Assembly (NCBI GenBank): GCA_002633005.1
Contig: NMRA01000014.1
Span: 397,898-461,897 of the forward strand
DNA length: 64,000 nt
Direction of reading: 5' to 3'
Origin: Phoronis australis
Taxonomy: Eukaryota > Animalia > Phoronida
In this document: positions 61,482 to 64,000 of the stretch, one piece after another
Position numbering within the stretch: the first letter of the stretch is position 1
How the letters are laid out: each line of letters begins with the position of its first letter
Notes under the pieces: generated by a model
Database searches by the model: none
The model's input: the letters and a program-made list of their open reading frames with translations, nothing else
What the model was told of the DNA's origin: nothing
Made by a program: the position numbers and the translations under genes

Positions 61482-62533
61482 TGACCAGCTGTAAAATGCT
61501 AGTAACCAGCCTAATACACAATCCCCGACCCAGCGGATTCTGGCCGCTACTTCGGCACTTTGGGACACTACGACGACAAACTTAGCGTCAACTGATGCGA
61601 GACCCATCAGTGTCTCCGGCTCCACCGTTGTTTCAGGCACTGCAGTTGCACCTGGCAACCACAGGCGCTTGAGTTTATATGTTCCTCAATCACGACTGAC
61701 GACACTAACTGGGTGTCTTCGCTAAGTTAAAGTATAAGTGTCATTCTCCGCCTACTCAAAAACGCACATTATTAGGTCCACGCTGCCTTGGGTATTCATG
61801 AAGCGCTTCAGTTTCAGGAGCGAAACGAAAACAGGCACGTGTAATCATAGACTACAGACGAGTATCTATGGCGTCATGCATAGACTACAGACGAGTATCT
61901 ATGGCGTCATGTACTACATGTATAGATAATTTCAAAGTTTTAAACCGAAACTCTCGATTGTCCCGGAAAAGACTTGAGTTTGGTCAACTGAGAGACATCG
62001 AAATATTTCGTAAACAACATCCCTGTGTTTGCGTTGTTTTATGTTGATTTTTCTAAATTTATACTTTGTGATTACTCTGGTTATTTACCCACAACCCAAC
62101 TGATTCGAAGTTTTATGTCCGTGACACAAAATTGCTACTCCTTAAATAATCTTCATCAGTTGGTAAAACTTCATTTTCATTTGTTGTTAAGGATTTATCA
62201 GTAATTCGAGTCCGGCTGAAGTTTGACAACCGGTACTTCATGTACGTAGTTCCTTGCGTAATATTCAGTAAACATATCACTCGCTGGCCGCATTACCATG
62301 TAAGGGATGGACGATTACGTTATACATCATCGGTCACAAGCTGAAAAATCGAAGCGTTGAGGATTTTCGGGCAGGTTTATTCGCAGCTGTCTTCCAAAAC
62401 TTGGTTGGGGAGAAACCCAGATGACACATGGGTATCTTTTGCCTCCAGAGCCCTCAGCATCTCCGGCAGCCCTAATTAGTAGTGAGGGGCACCTTCGGTT
62501 GCGCGCCCGTCCGTTGGGCAGATGGGGACTTAA

Positions 62534-63359
62534 AGGAGAATGCCACCCAAAAAACAACCTATTTTGTATCAATTTAGATCGAGTAGTTCTACTGCGGTTG
62601 CGTTACCTGACACCTGACGGCTGACGGAGGTGTTGAAATTATCCAATGATGTACCGGTAATTGGTTTCACACGCAGTCTGTTCAGCAGTTCAGAGCACGG
62701 GTCAGTGGTGTCAGCTTATCGTTTGAATTCATCGTTTAACACCAATAAATCATCAAACTTCGATGTAAAACCCTTAAAAATACACCGAATTCTTATAAAA
62801 ACGTGCTGTTTTATTTCGCTGTTACGGATTTACTGGTATTAGGACAAACCGTAGCCTACAAAGTTCAGCAGGTCAATTTACCAAGATCCGTAGTAGAGAG
62901 AGTAGGAGTTTGGGGTCTGTTCGGAGATAAATTCGAAGTATTCTACCGTGAAACAGGAGAACCTAGATCAGTATTGTTTATACTTGTGATTTTTTTAGTT
63001 CTAAACACACAAAACGCTTGTTATCCCGGCCAGTGGCTCGGAACCCGATCAGGCCCGTCGCGGCCTCCAACAGCATACCTTTCATTCTTCACTACCGCGA
63101 GTCACTTCTTAAGCATTTCGGGCTCTCGAGGTAGTCGAAAAAACGATATACCCTCTTTCTTCGCAGCTTCATAGTTCGGACAAGCGAGAACCGATGCACC
63201 CCAAATAGCGGCATTCACTCTGCAGACGAACCACTGACGTCTCTGCGTCGCTTCTCACCTTCCTCACAGGTTAACCCGACACCTCTCGGCAAGGTAAGGT
63301 GTGGATATAGACCGATTAAAACGATCAAAAAGACTAAATAAATCGGGTGGCATTCTCCT
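62534..63359 (-). mobile_element. Non-autonomous Kolobok-like element with decayed THAP domain
   Basis: 15 bp TIR AGGAGAATGCCACCC, TTAA left and TAAA right; minus strand reads SVLACPNY..KEGISFF/RLPREPEMLKK*LAVVKN through a frameshift and stop. Confidence 0.65.
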
Positions 63360-64000
63360 TAAAGTTTACTTCATTTGGGGGCATGTCGATTGAGAGAAGC
63401 AGTGTCAGAAAGGAAATCTGCAGGAAGATTCCATCGGGTGTTGAATGGTGTTGATGAATTTTAATCTATAGCGTATCAGTCGACAACTGCTGTTTTCTGT
63501 TGACAATGTGGAAGAGTGAAACTTCGGATTCCGAACTTTACTGAAGAGCCACCTGATGAAGCAGCACGGTGCCACCTTCAGATATTGAAAACATTCTGCA
63601 TATGACGGATATTTCGACTCATCATGTTGCTCAATGAATGAAAATGGCGCGAAAAAGTAAAACATGTGCAAATAATTCGAGATGCAGAAGACACTACGAA
63701 CGTGAGTCGCCACGAGTCACGTAAATTCGCACAATCAAGGCAAATAATACGTAATTCAATGTTTACGATATGAAGAATTATGTTCATTCGATAGGTAAGC
63801 GATAAAACAAATGCTCAATTCACTTGCGTCTTCTGACAGAACGTTGAAATATAGCAAACCGTCTCACGGATCTTTCTGCGGAGCAGTGGTTCAGAGCCAG
63901 AAAAATAGCGGATGACGCTTAACGCGAACAAAAAAGTCACAGATGTAAAATTAGGCCTACTTCAATTTTCGCTGGGCATAATAGAAATATAGCGTATGAT

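Noticed and set aside
61846-61912. Two tandem copies of a ~33 bp sequence
   Set aside because: Simple local duplication with no further structure.
63230-63305. AAG|GTAAGG donor suggesting a first exon of a divergent plus-strand gene
   Set aside because: Lies inside the Kolobok-like element, and no supporting coding exon is visible.

Overview
Eukaryotic (invertebrate-like, intron-rich, AT-rich) genomic DNA with two N-gaps. Most of the window is one minus-strand alpha-2-macroglobulin-type thioester protein gene. I reconstructed it by hand: signal-peptide exon at 53525, 24 constitutive coding exons with consistent GT-AG sites and phases, about 1,290 aa visible, and it runs off the left edge within the thioester domain. 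The main finding is a cassette of four paralogous, phase-identical exons (19286-19400, 17743-17848, 16688-16844, 13488-13644). Each encodes a chemically distinct bait segment followed by LRxYFPE(T/S)WLW. Frame arithmetic allows only one per mRNA, implying a splice-switchable protease trap. The protein also has two inserted segments ending in furin-type sites (RHRR, RLKR) and Ser at the position of the C3 catalytic His. Introns and flanks carry an internally deleted Kolobok transposon (THAP transposase plus convergent KolX-like ORF, ~158 bp TIRs, TTAA TSD) and smaller Kolobok-like elements. They also carry piggyBac, Penelope, RTE and other LINE remnants, and six copies of a Helentron/HINE-like repeat with arrays of CTCF-like motifs. 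All coordinates were read by eye; transposon boundaries are approximate unless TIR/TSD are stated.
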